64,000 bases of DNA from Dehalococcoidia bacterium (GTDB lineage: Bacteria > Chloroflexota > Dehalococcoidia > Lucifugimonadales > UBA3495): NCBI GenBank assembly GCA_965242615.1, contig CBDESR010000004.1, forward strand, positions 722,124 through 786,123, written 5' to 3'. The notes under the pieces were generated by a model, which was not told where the DNA came from, did not search any database, and saw only the letters and a program-made list of their open reading frames with translations. This document shows, piece after piece, positions 38,629 through 47,777 of this stretch. The position numbers and the translations under genes are program-made. How positions within the stretch are numbered: position 1 is the stretch's first letter; every line of letters starts with the position of its first letter.

Positions 38629-39477
38629 CTAAATCTGGCTGTAGCCGGTTCCGGGGAGGGTTGCGCCGCGGCCGCGGGCGTTGGTTAGCCAGCCAAATTC
38701 CTGCAAAATCTGCTGACTGTAAGTCACCCGGCCGGTTACTTTATCCAGCGGCTCCGTAGCCAGCAGCAAAGCGGCGTCAGCCAGCAACGCCGGCGGTTCG
38801 CCGTTGGGGTCGTCCATCCCGCTGACCAGGTTATGGTACACCGTCCCCGGCGTGGGGACGACCAGCGACGGGGCAACGCAGGAAACGGCAATGCCGTAGG
38901 GATAGACTTCGCTGGCCAGTCCCTGGGTGAACCGCTCGAGGGCGGCCTTTTCCGCGCCGTAGCAAGTAGCGCCGCTGATGCCGCCGGCTGCCGGGTAAGG
39001 GCCGCGGCCGGGGCCTACCGCCGCCCCCGATGATATGTTGACAATCCAGCCGGCACCCCGGGGAATCATCTGCTCCAAAGCCGCCTGACTGAGGATAAAC
39101 GGCGCGTGAAAGTTGACCTCCCAAGAGCGAATCCAGCGGTTAATCGGAAAATCCTTCACCGGGATAAAGTAAGTCAGCGCGGCGTTGTTGACCAGCACCT
39201 CCACCGGGCCGTAGGTATCGCGGGTTTCCAGGAGCAGCCGTTGACACTCCGTCGGTTGCGCCAGGTTCACCGCCACCGCCGTAGCAGTGCCGCCGGCAGC
39301 CTGAATATCGGCAACCGTCTTTTCCAGCGAACCCTCTAGGGGATGGTCGCCCTCCCGCAGAGTGCGGGCGGCGCAGACCACCTGCGCCCCTTCCCCGGCA
39401 AAGCGGGCGGCAATGGCCGCGCCAATGCCCCGGCTGGCCCCGGTCACCACCGCTACCTTGCCGTCCAACTTGCCCAT
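38629..39477 (-). CDS. Short-chain dehydrogenase/reductase
   Basis: TGASRGIG, NNAA, YGAEK catalytic motif. Confidence 0.93.
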   Translation of the reverse strand: MGKLDGKVAVVTGASRGIGAAIAARFAGEGAQVVCAARTLREGDHPLEGSLEKTVADIQAAGGTATAVAVNLAQPTECQRLLLETRDTYGPVEVLVNNAALTYFIPVKDFPINRWIRSWEVNFHAPFILSQAALEQMIPRGAGWIVNISSGAAVGPGRGPYPAAGGISGATCYGAEKAALERFTQGLASEVYPYGIAVSCVAPSLVVPTPGTVYHNLVSGMDDPNGEPPALLADAALLLATEPLDKVTGRVTYSQQILQEFGWLTNARGRGATLPGTGYSQI

Positions 39478-39512
39478 GGGCAGCTTTCCTCGACTGCTGA
39501 CGCCCGTTCCGG

Positions 39513-40919
39513 CTAGGCGAACTGGTACTCCTGCGTGGAGACAATCAGTTGCAGCATTTGGCCGACCTGGTTGGGAAAAGCGGCGGCCGCCGTGGCAAAC
39601 TCCGCCTCCGCCCCCAAATGGCTCAGGAACAAATCGCGGGTTTCCGGCAGCAGTTGATAGCCGCCCAGACTTTCCAAGCAGCCGTCGAGCAGACCTTGCG
39701 CCGATACGGTAGCGGCGGCATCAACAAAGCGGCGGACGGTGGATTGGACGCCCGGAGCGGTGGTGCGGCCCATTTCCCCGGCGGCGTAGTTGACCCGCTC
39801 CACCAAAGTGCCGCTGTCAATCCACTCCTTCCCGGTATGCCAACCCTCCACCGTCGGCGGGTTCATCAAATCCTGCCCCATATAGCGAATTTCCAATGCC
39901 ATATCGTACATCCGGGGTTTGGGCCGGGTGAAATCCCCCATAAACCGCAGCGTACTGCACACCAATTCCGCCGGGCTTTTCACCTTGGCAAAACGGGCAT
40001 CCTTGAAAAAGTCCGCATTGAACAGAACGCTGAGGATAGCCCGAATTTCCCCGCCGGAACGGAAGTATTCGGCTTCGAGCAGCTGAATGGCCGCCGGATC
40101 CCGCGGCGGCGTATCCGCCCAAGCCGGCACCGGCGGCTCATCCGCCACAAAGAAGTCGTAAAGATGCCGGGCCACAAAACGGGCCGTCGCCGGCTGACGG
40201 GCGATGATGGCGATAATATCCTGCCCGTTGAAATTGCCGGTTTCGCCGAGGAAGGTTTTTTCCCCGTCATTATGGTCCAGACGGTTATAGAGGAACTGGT
40301 TGAAATAGCGGCCGTAGGGATAGCGCGGCATCCCGTTGGCGACCGTCCAGCCGGTAAAAGCCTGGGCGCAGGCTTGCACATCGGACTCCGTATAGTTGGC
40401 CTGCCCGTCCATCCCCACGCCCATACTGAACAGCTCCAGCAATTCCCGGCCCCAGTTTTCGTTGACCGCGTCTTTGTGGGAAAGCTGGTTGTCCAGGTAA
40501 TAGAGCATTGCCGGGTCGGTAGCCATGGCCAGCAGCAAATCCTCAAACCGGCCCAGGCCGTGGTTGCGGAACTTGTCCAGTTGGGACAGGATGTTGTGCG
40601 GCGCCATAATCTTGGAGTCTCCGACGCAGAAAATGCCGTGCCAGAACAGGCACAGCTTTTCCTGCAACTGGCGGGGGGAATTGACCATCCGGTAAGTCCA
40701 GCAGCCCTGGTTGGCGGCCAGATAGCCCATATCCCGCCAGCCCATATAGCGCTGCATCACATCCAGATCCAGGTCCGGCTGGGCTTCCGGATGCAGCAGT
40801 TCGGCGACGGTAGCGGCGTAGCCTTGGGCGGCGCGCCGTTCGAGTTCGGGGTAGGAGGCGCCGAAGCCGGCCCGGCGCATCAGGTGCGCCATCAGTTGAA
40901 TGTCGTGTTGGTTGGACAT
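39513..40919 (-). CDS. DUF1800 family protein
   Basis: HLMRRAGFG, LQEKLCLFWH, DPAMLYYLDN, NENWGRELLELFSMG, PPTVEGW. Confidence 0.9.
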   Translation of the reverse strand: MSNQHDIQLMAHLMRRAGFGASYPELERRAAQGYAATVAELLHPEAQPDLDLDVMQRYMGWRDMGYLAANQGCWTYRMVNSPRQLQEKLCLFWHGIFCVGDSKIMAPHNILSQLDKFRNHGLGRFEDLLLAMATDPAMLYYLDNQLSHKDAVNENWGRELLELFSMGVGMDGQANYTESDVQACAQAFTGWTVANGMPRYPYGRYFNQFLYNRLDHNDGEKTFLGETGNFNGQDIIAIIARQPATARFVARHLYDFFVADEPPVPAWADTPPRDPAAIQLLEAEYFRSGGEIRAILSVLFNADFFKDARFAKVKSPAELVCSTLRFMGDFTRPKPRMYDMALEIRYMGQDLMNPPTVEGWHTGKEWIDSGTLVERVNYAAGEMGRTTAPGVQSTVRRFVDAAATVSAQGLLDGCLESLGGYQLLPETRDLFLSHLGAEAEFATAAAAFPNQVGQMLQLIVSTQEYQFA

Positions 40920-41437
40920 TGGGGTGAACCCTCCTCGGGGCAGTTTTGTGGCTATTTTACACTATTTGGCGGGGAAAGGGTAGGGGCGGGCGGAGTCAAT
41001 TCCCGGAGGGCAGGATAACCGACCCCCACCCGACGCAAGGGGCCAACTGTCAGCCGTCCCCTTTGCTTTCGGAATCCTTGGCCTTGCTTCAAGACGCCGG
41101 CACCGGTTCAGTCCAGCACGGCCTCGACAATAACTTAACCCGCCCCGGCTCTATACTTGACAGCATCAGCCCAATACCGGTAAAGTCCCGCCATCCCGTC
41201 GAACCGGCCGCACCTCGGACAATGTGGCCCGGCATGGGCTTGAAAAGCGGCCCGCAAAACCTGCAACTCTCCGCCGAACCAGTGATGCCCCACTTCCGCG
41301 ATGCCTAGCCCGCCCCCGGCAAACCGGGCAATTCGCCAATTCTGTCCAATTTGCTTGGGCTAAACCGGACGGTAACTGCCTTAAAGTTATTGACAAGGCC
41401 GCCGGTAATGCCCTCAAATCTCTACAGGAGGCGAAAA

Positions 41438-41599
41438 ATGACCAGTAACCACGACGCGACCAATCGCTCCATCCAACTCAACCCCAACAATGACGCCTAC
41501 TGGACGGCTCGCGGGTTCCCCGGCCGCCCGGCGGATTGGCAAAAGCGGGTTTCCCAGAAAAATCAGCCCCCCAACTCGGGAAAGTCGGAAAGGAAGTAG
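41438..41599 (+). CDS. Small hypothetical protein (NRSxQLNPNNDAYW motif)
   Basis: AGGAGG SD; MTSNHDATNRSIQLNPNNDAYWTARG. Confidence 0.6.
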   Translation: MTSNHDATNRSIQLNPNNDAYWTARGFPGRPADWQKRVSQKNQPPNSGKSERK

Positions 41600-41705
41600 C
41601 CAACCCTCGGTACTGTTGTATGTGCTGGGTAGTTCGCTGCCGTATTTCCAAACACTTCACGCAGTTACTGCCGGAAACACTCTGCACAAACCAGCTTTAT
41701 ATCTA

Positions 41706-42001
41706 CGTTCATCGGACGGAGATACCGCTCAATTGCGTGTCGTAACTGCCCGCACCCCGGTCGCTTAAACGGTGGGCTGGTTGCCTTTGTCCTACCACTC
41801 CACCCGGTTAGCGGGCGTAGGAACTTCCTTCACACGGGTATATTGCCAATTGACCATCAGCCAATTGTTGTTGTCGTACTCGTAGCACGGAGGACATTTC
41901 CTGTGTCGCTCCAGTTCCGACCCCGGTACAAAAACCGACCGCACACTGGACAGCTCCCCATATCACTACCTCCGTACTACCCAGCAAATGCAACAGTACC
42001 C
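41706..42001 (-). repeat. Left copy of ~300-bp inverted repeat flanking tgt
   Basis: Reverse complement of 43240-43539, with scattered substitutions and two small indels. Confidence 0.95.
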
Positions 42002-42030
42002 CGCCCCGGGTTTCTGGTATAGTAGCGCCT

Positions 42031-43230
42031 ATGCCGCAACTGCCTTTTACTTACACTTTGCAGGGCCGGGACGGGATGGGGCGGGCCGGGGAACTGGTTA
42101 CGCCGCACGGGGCCGTGCTGACGCCGGCGTTTATGCCGGTGGCAACGCAGGCGACGGTTAAGACGCTGACGCCGGAGGAAGTGGCCGGGACGGGGGCGCA
42201 AATGCTCCTGGGCAACGCTTATCATCTGTATCTGCGGCCCGGGGTGGCAGCGGTGCGGCGGCTGGGGGGGCTGCATCGCTTTATGGGCTGGCAACGGCCG
42301 ATTCTGACCGACAGCGGGGGGTTTCAAGCCTTCAGTATGGGGGCACTGCGGCGGGTGGATGATGATTGGATCCGCTTTCGTTCCCATATTGACGGCAGCC
42401 AGCATCGCTTTACGCCGGAACTGGCTATCGCCAATCAGCAGGGACTGGGCGCGGATATTATTATGTGCCTGGATCAGTGCATTGCCTTTGGCGCCGAGCG
42501 GGCGGAAGTGCGGCGGGCGATGGAGCGCACCCACCGCTGGGCGCAGGTTTGCTATGCCGCGCACTATGTCCGCCCGGCGGCGGAGTATGCGGATACGGCC
42601 GCCGGGCAAGCCCTGTTCGGCATTGTGCAAGGGGGGACTTTTCCCGACTTGCGGCGGGAATCGGCGGAGTTTATTACCGGGCTGCCTTTTGCCGGTTATG
42701 CGATTGGCGGGCTGGCGGTGGGGGAGTCCAAGGAGCAGATGTATGCCATCACCGGGCAGGTAACGGAGTGGCTGCCGGGGGATAAGCCGCGCTATTTGAT
42801 GGGAGTGGGTTCGCCGGAGGATTTGGTGGAAGGCGTGGCGGCCGGGGTGGATTTGTTTGACTGCGTGCTGCCGACGCGGGTGGCGCGCAACGGGGCGTTG
42901 TTCACGGCGGCCGGGCGGGTGAATATCGCCAACCGCCGCTTTGCCGAATGGGATGCGCCGCTGGAGGCGGATTGCGGGTGTTACAGCTGCCGCAATTTTA
43001 CGGCGGCCTATTTGCGGCATTTGTTCCGGGCCCGGGAGATTTTGGGGCTGCGGTTAGCCAGCGTGCATAATTTGTGGTTCATCCAGCGGCTGATGTCGGG
43101 GCTGCGGGCGGCGATTCTGGAGGGACGGTTGGCGGAGTTTCGGCGGGAGTTTCAGGCGGCGTATCGGCCGACGGATGCGGTTACGCGGCAGGAGCAAAAG
43201 GAGCGGTGGCTGGCGGCGCGGGGTGGGTAG
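42031..43230 (+). CDS. tgt: tRNA-guanine(34) transglycosylase
   Basis: TPAFMPVAT, NAYHLYLRPG, LTDSGGFQ, GIVQGG, AIGGLAVGE, FDCVLPTR, CGCYSC...H zinc site. Confidence 0.97.
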   Translation: MPQLPFTYTLQGRDGMGRAGELVTPHGAVLTPAFMPVATQATVKTLTPEEVAGTGAQMLLGNAYHLYLRPGVAAVRRLGGLHRFMGWQRPILTDSGGFQAFSMGALRRVDDDWIRFRSHIDGSQHRFTPELAIANQQGLGADIIMCLDQCIAFGAERAEVRRAMERTHRWAQVCYAAHYVRPAAEYADTAAGQALFGIVQGGTFPDLRRESAEFITGLPFAGYAIGGLAVGESKEQMYAITGQVTEWLPGDKPRYLMGVGSPEDLVEGVAAGVDLFDCVLPTRVARNGALFTAAGRVNIANRRFAEWDAPLEADCGCYSCRNFTAAYLRHLFRAREILGLRLASVHNLWFIQRLMSGLRAAILEGRLAEFRREFQAAYRPTDAVTRQEQKERWLAARGG

Positions 43231-43239
43231 GGGTTTGGA

Positions 43240-43539
43240 GGGTACTGTTGCATTTGCTGGGTAGTACGGAGGTAGTGATATGGGGAGCTGTCCAGTAATG
43301 TGCGGTCGGTTTTTTGTACCGGGGTCGGAACTGGAGCGACACGGGAAATGTCCTCCGTGCTACGAGTACGACAACAACAATTGGCTGATGGTCAATTGGC
43401 AATATACCCGCGTGAAGGAAATTCCTACGCCCCCTAACCGGGGGGAGTGGTATGACAAAGGCAACCAGCCCACCGTTTAAGCGCCCGGGGTGCGGGCAGT
43501 TACGACCCGCAATTGAGCGGTATCACCGTCCGATGAACG
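43240..43539 (+). repeat. Right copy of ~300-bp inverted repeat flanking tgt
   Basis: See left copy. Confidence 0.95.
43280..43480 (+). CDS. Small Cys-rich (zinc-ribbon-like) protein inside the repeat
   Basis: GGAGGT SD; MGSCPVMCG...KCPPCYEY; the left copy has CPVC but is frameshifted. Confidence 0.45.
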   Translation: MGSCPVMCGRFFVPGSELERHGKCPPCYEYDNNNWLMVNWQYTRVKEIPTPPNRGEWYDKGNQPTV

Positions 43540-43586
43540 GTGATATGAGGTTAGACCTCTCTATAGCCTAAAAGGTTATCCTAAAA

Positions 43587-43619
43587 GTGAACCGGTGTCA
43601 ACTGCGACACCGGTTCATT
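43587..43619. terminator. Hairpin downstream of mrr
   Basis: TGAACCGGTGTC-loop-GACACCGGTTCA. Confidence 0.55.
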
Positions 43620-43641
43620 CAAGGAAACCGCCCCATCCCCC

Positions 43642-44538
43642 TTACACTTCCGCAAAATAGTTGGCGTCCAACTTCTTGACTTCGTAGGTGAATTCCGTAA
43701 CCACCCCGACGCCGTGCCGGATCATCAAGGCCGCCAACTCCTGTCCGTCAATCAAGCGGATGGATTGGATGCCTTGAGCAACTTTTTGCGCGGCCTGACG
43801 GGCGGAGCCCGAAAAGGTAGAGGTGGTGATTAGCACACCTTTGGAAGCTCCATGAGTGAGCAACGCCCCGGCAAACTGGTTAACCACCGGGCTACCGACT
43901 TGAGCGTCATCCCACTTCTTGGCTTGAATATAGATCTTTTCCAGCCCAAGGGTGTCCTCGTCGATGACACCGTCAATCCCGCCATCGCCGCTGCGACCTA
44001 CCGCCTGCCCGTCGCCATAGCCCATCGTTTCCAACAGGTTCACCACCAGACGCTCGAAAGCGTCCGGCTCAAGGCTCTTTAAGCTGTCCAAGATTTCCCG
44101 GGACAGGGTGGACTGGATCTGCTGATGGACAAAGTCCATTTGCTCTACGGGAGCTACATTGTCAGAAGGGGAACTCTCGGGTTCCACAATGGCAACGTTC
44201 TCCTCAGGGCTGATCCAGTCCTCCAAGTCGGCGTACTTTATCGCGGACTGGCTGGGGTGCTTGGCAAGGAAATCGCGGCCGCGTTGGGTAATCCGGTACA
44301 GTCCCCTGCCGGGGTTATCGACCATCCCGGCCGATTTCAGGACGTTCAAGGCCCAGCTGGCTCGACTTTGCACTGTGGTTATCTTGCCAGAGGGGATCAT
44401 TTTTTGCAGGTCGGCCGGGGTCAACTCGAGTTTGGGAGTCAACCCGACAATGATGGTTCTGCGCGCCACCGTCTCGTTGGATTCGGCACAGATTTCCAAG
44501 ACCGGCCGATAAAACTCGTTCACTCCGGGCACTGCCAT
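43642..44538 (-). CDS. mrr: Mrr-family (Type IV) restriction endonuclease
   Basis: N-terminal wHTH (SRASWA..LKSAG), FERLVVNLL, GDGGIDG, IYIQAKKW, LIDGQELA. Confidence 0.93.
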   Translation of the reverse strand: MAVPGVNEFYRPVLEICAESNETVARRTIIVGLTPKLELTPADLQKMIPSGKITTVQSRASWALNVLKSAGMVDNPGRGLYRITQRGRDFLAKHPSQSAIKYADLEDWISPEENVAIVEPESSPSDNVAPVEQMDFVHQQIQSTLSREILDSLKSLEPDAFERLVVNLLETMGYGDGQAVGRSGDGGIDGVIDEDTLGLEKIYIQAKKWDDAQVGSPVVNQFAGALLTHGASKGVLITTSTFSGSARQAAQKVAQGIQSIRLIDGQELAALMIRHGVGVVTEFTYEVKKLDANYFAEV

Positions 44539-44645
44539 ACTCTCCCTCCGCTTAATGTTGCTACGGCTATCCCAGCCGCGAATATATGATAAACTATCTC
44601 CCGCCATTGTCAAACTACTAACTTAATCGGAGCGTTACTGACCCT

Positions 44646-46709
44646 ATGGTTCCTCCCGGCGATATTTTCGGCGTTATTCCGGTATGGGTCGGTGTTTATC
44701 TGGCCTTGCTGCTGACCCAAGCTTTGGCCGGCTGGCTGGCTTACCGGCGGGTCATTCACCTGATACGGCAGGGTCGCAGCGTGGCCCGCTTCGACCGCCC
44801 TGGGGAACGGCTGCGGGGCGCGGTGAGTATCGTCTTGGGGCAGCGCAAGGTGTTGCAGCGGGTGGGCAGCCAGGACGCCCGCAGTCGGTCGCTGGATCTG
44901 GCGGGGCTGGGCCATGCCTTCGTCTTTTGGGGGTTTCTGTCTTTTTCCCTGAGCTACCTTATCTTTATTTTTGGCGCGGCGATTTGGCCGCCGCTGCCGG
45001 CGGCGATCCTTACCGAAACCGGAGTGATGGTCTATAGCGTCTATCTGGACTTGTACGCCGTACTGATACTGGCGGTACTGGCTTGGATGTTCGTCCGCCG
45101 TTGGGCGGCCCGTCCCTACCGGCTCAGTTTTGACCTGACCCGCAACATTGACGCCGTTATCGTTGTCGGCTTAACCGCCGCCCTGATGACGGCAACCCTG
45201 CTGGTTCACGCTTTTTATGTAGCTGCCGGCGGCCACGGCCCGGAGGCCGCCGTACCGGTGGGCGGCAGCATTGGCAACGCCTTTACCGCGCTGGGCTTGT
45301 CCGCCGGGGCGGCGGGCTTGCTGCACGCTATCTTTTGGTGGCTGCACTTGGGCATCATCCTGGGCTTTGGCATTTATGTGCCGACTTCCAAGCATATCCA
45401 CATGATTGGCGCGCCGCTGAACGCCTACTTCCGCTCCTTGGAACCCCGGGGGACTATGGCGGCGATCGACCTGGAAAATGCGGAACGGTTCGGCGCCGGC
45501 CGGGTGCAGGATTTCACTTGGAAACAGCTGTTGGACGGCTACGCCTGCGCGGTCTGCGGCCGCTGTACCGACGCCTGCCCAGCCAACACCACCGGCAAAA
45601 TCCTGTCGCCGATGCACATTGTCGAGAACCTTAAAGAGCATATGCTGACCATCGGACATCAGGGGCCGCGCAACCCGGAGCATACTGAGCCGACGCCGAT
45701 CATTGACCATGCCATCCCGGAGCAAGCCATCTGGGACTGCGTTTCCTGCGGCGCGTGTATGGAGGAGTGCCCGGTAGTGGTGGAGCATATCCCGACCATT
45801 ATGGATTTGCGCCGCAATTTGGTGCTGGAGGAATCGCGCATCCCGGAAACCGGGATGAATGCCCTGTTGAGTATGGAGCAGCGCGGCCATCCCTGGCGCG
45901 GCACCCAATTTTCCCGCACCGATTGGGCGGAAGGTCTTGATGTGCCGACTCTGGCGGAAAAGCCCGACGCCGAAATTCTCTTTTGGGTGGGCTGCACTGC
46001 CGCTTTGGAACAGCGCAGTCAAGGCTCGGCCCGCTCGATGGTCAAAGCGCTGAAAGCCGCCGGCGTGGACTTTGCCATCTTGGGGAATGAGGAAACCTGC
46101 ACTGGCGACCCGGCCCGGCGGATGGGCAACGAGTATCTGTTTCAGATGCTGGCCGCCCAGAACATCGAAACGCTGAACGGCTACGGCGTCAAGAAAATCG
46201 TTACCATCTGCCCCCACTGTTTCAACACGATGCGGAACGAATATCCCCAGTTCGGCGGGGACTACGAAGTGCTGCACTACAGCCAGTTTATCGATCAGTT
46301 GTTGCAACAGGGGCGCATCAAGCCCATTAAACTGGTTAATGTCAACCTGGCTTATCACGACTCCTGTTTCCTCGGCCGGCACAACGGCATTTACGACCAG
46401 CCGCGCAACATTGCCCGGGCCATCCCCGGCTTGAAACTGGTGGAAATGACGCCGCGCTGCCGGGAACGGGGCTTCTGCTGCGGGGCCGGCGGCGGCCATA
46501 TGTGGATTGAGGAAAGCCAGGGGGAGCGCATTAACCACGTCCGCACTGACCATTTTCTGGCAACTGATGCCGACACCGTCGGCGTGTCCTGCCCCTTCTG
46601 TCTCCAAATGATGACCGAGGGCCTCCAAGCCAAAGGGCAAGCGGACCAAAAGCAGGCTAAAGATGTGCTGGAACTGCTGGCGGAAAGTTTGGGGGATAAG
46701 GGGGGATGA
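44646..46709 (+). CDS. Membrane Fe-S oxidoreductase (FadF/HdrD-like, CCG domains)
   Basis: TM region, two CxxCxxCxxxCP, CPHC, YHDSCFLGR, CCGAGGG, CPFC. Confidence 0.92.
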   Translation: MVPPGDIFGVIPVWVGVYLALLLTQALAGWLAYRRVIHLIRQGRSVARFDRPGERLRGAVSIVLGQRKVLQRVGSQDARSRSLDLAGLGHAFVFWGFLSFSLSYLIFIFGAAIWPPLPAAILTETGVMVYSVYLDLYAVLILAVLAWMFVRRWAARPYRLSFDLTRNIDAVIVVGLTAALMTATLLVHAFYVAAGGHGPEAAVPVGGSIGNAFTALGLSAGAAGLLHAIFWWLHLGIILGFGIYVPTSKHIHMIGAPLNAYFRSLEPRGTMAAIDLENAERFGAGRVQDFTWKQLLDGYACAVCGRCTDACPANTTGKILSPMHIVENLKEHMLTIGHQGPRNPEHTEPTPIIDHAIPEQAIWDCVSCGACMEECPVVVEHIPTIMDLRRNLVLEESRIPETGMNALLSMEQRGHPWRGTQFSRTDWAEGLDVPTLAEKPDAEILFWVGCTAALEQRSQGSARSMVKALKAAGVDFAILGNEETCTGDPARRMGNEYLFQMLAAQNIETLNGYGVKKIVTICPHCFNTMRNEYPQFGGDYEVLHYSQFIDQLLQQGRIKPIKLVNVNLAYHDSCFLGRHNGIYDQPRNIARAIPGLKLVEMTPRCRERGFCCGAGGGHMWIEESQGERINHVRTDHFLATDADTVGVSCPFCLQMMTEGLQAKGQADQKQAKDVLELLAESLGDKGG

Positions 46710-46804
46710 CCACGCCGCCCTTGACATACCCATTCCGCAACGGCACAATACCAATACCGACCCACATATATTCCGGCCAGCCCGGCTCAGGAGCCGCTCG
46801 AACT

Positions 46805-47347
46805 ATGTTGAAAAACCAGCCCAAATCCACCGTTGCTCCCGCTCCTGTCGCTATCGAAATCCCGCCGGTCAACTGGGAGCGGATGTGCAACTATCTGCGT
46901 GTTGCCACCGGCGTCATCCCCGACGCTTTAGAGGAGCTGACTCACCTGGTCAACTATATGCCCCGGTCTCGCTACGCTTGGTACGAAGCCTTGGCCAAGG
47001 TGGACGACCCGGACGAATCCCCCGGCCGCCGCGCCGCCTGCTTTCACCTCCTCATCGAGGAAAGCTCCGGCGACGCCTTGGCCGGCGACCCGGTAGCTTG
47101 GCAATCCCCCTTTGCCCCCGGCAGCAAATACGAAACCCAAGGGTGGATGCGACCGACTCCCCCGGAACAAATCGCTGACATAGTTCAGCGCATCCGCAAG
47201 GAGTTCCCGGGAGTAGTCGCCGCCGAAAAGGCGGGGCGCTATGAGTTGACTCAAGCGCATATCGATAGCCTCGGCATCACCGAGGAGGACATCGCTGAAG
47301 CCATCCGGGAAGCTCGGAGAGAGGAACAATGCCTCCCCTCCGAGTAG
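46805..47347 (+). CDS. Putative antitoxin-like protein upstream of the PIN toxin
   Basis: Promoter TTGACA-17-CACAAT at 46721-46749; C-terminus LGITEEDIAEAIREARRE; overlaps the PIN gene. Confidence 0.55.
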   Translation: MLKNQPKSTVAPAPVAIEIPPVNWERMCNYLRVATGVIPDALEELTHLVNYMPRSRYAWYEALAKVDDPDESPGRRAACFHLLIEESSGDALAGDPVAWQSPFAPGSKYETQGWMRPTPPEQIADIVQRIRKEFPGVVAAEKAGRYELTQAHIDSLGITEEDIAEAIREARREEQCLPSE

Positions 47348-47754
47348 TTCTGGACACCAACGTACTTATTGCCAAACTGCTCTTTGACCCGCGCAGTGCT
47401 TGGCTCGTTCAGGCTTGGCAGAACCAAACCCTGATACCTCTTGCTACTGAGGAAACTTTGGGTGAACTCGACCGGGTTCTCACCCGGGCCAAGTTTGGAC
47501 TGCCCCAAGACCGAGTTGATGAGCGCTTGGCCGAATACCGCCCCTGGTGTCAAATCTACCCGGCGGACGCCGCTGTCACGGTTCCCGAATGCCGCGACCC
47601 GGCCGACCGCAAGTTTCTGCAACTGGCTCTCCAATCCCAAGCTGACGCCCTGGTCACTGCTGACTATGACCTGCTTACCCTGCAACCCGACTTTCCCATA
47701 CCCATCATTACCTTGGAGCAGTTACAATCCCGGCTATCCGCCATCCCAAACTGA
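47329..47754 (+). CDS. PIN-domain toxin
   Basis: RVVLDTNVLI, EL.RVL.R.KF, CRDPADRKFLQLA, LVTADYDLL. Confidence 0.9.
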   Translation: MPPLRVVLDTNVLIAKLLFDPRSAWLVQAWQNQTLIPLATEETLGELDRVLTRAKFGLPQDRVDERLAEYRPWCQIYPADAAVTVPECRDPADRKFLQLALQSQADALVTADYDLLTLQPDFPIPIITLEQLQSRLSAIPN

Positions 47755-47777
47755 ACCCTCTAACTGGAAAGAACAAT

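Noticed and set aside
42031-43230. tgt as a DpdA-type DNA-modification gene
   Set aside because: It has canonical bacterial tRNA-guanine transglycosylase motifs and no dpdB/C or que cluster nearby.
43430-43556. Integron attC site (GTTAGAC at ~43550) or hammerhead ribozyme (CCGATGA loop)
   Set aside because: No matching RYYYAAC inverse core, the site is absent from the left copy, and there is no integrase; the loop is not CUGAUGA and there is no GAAA core.
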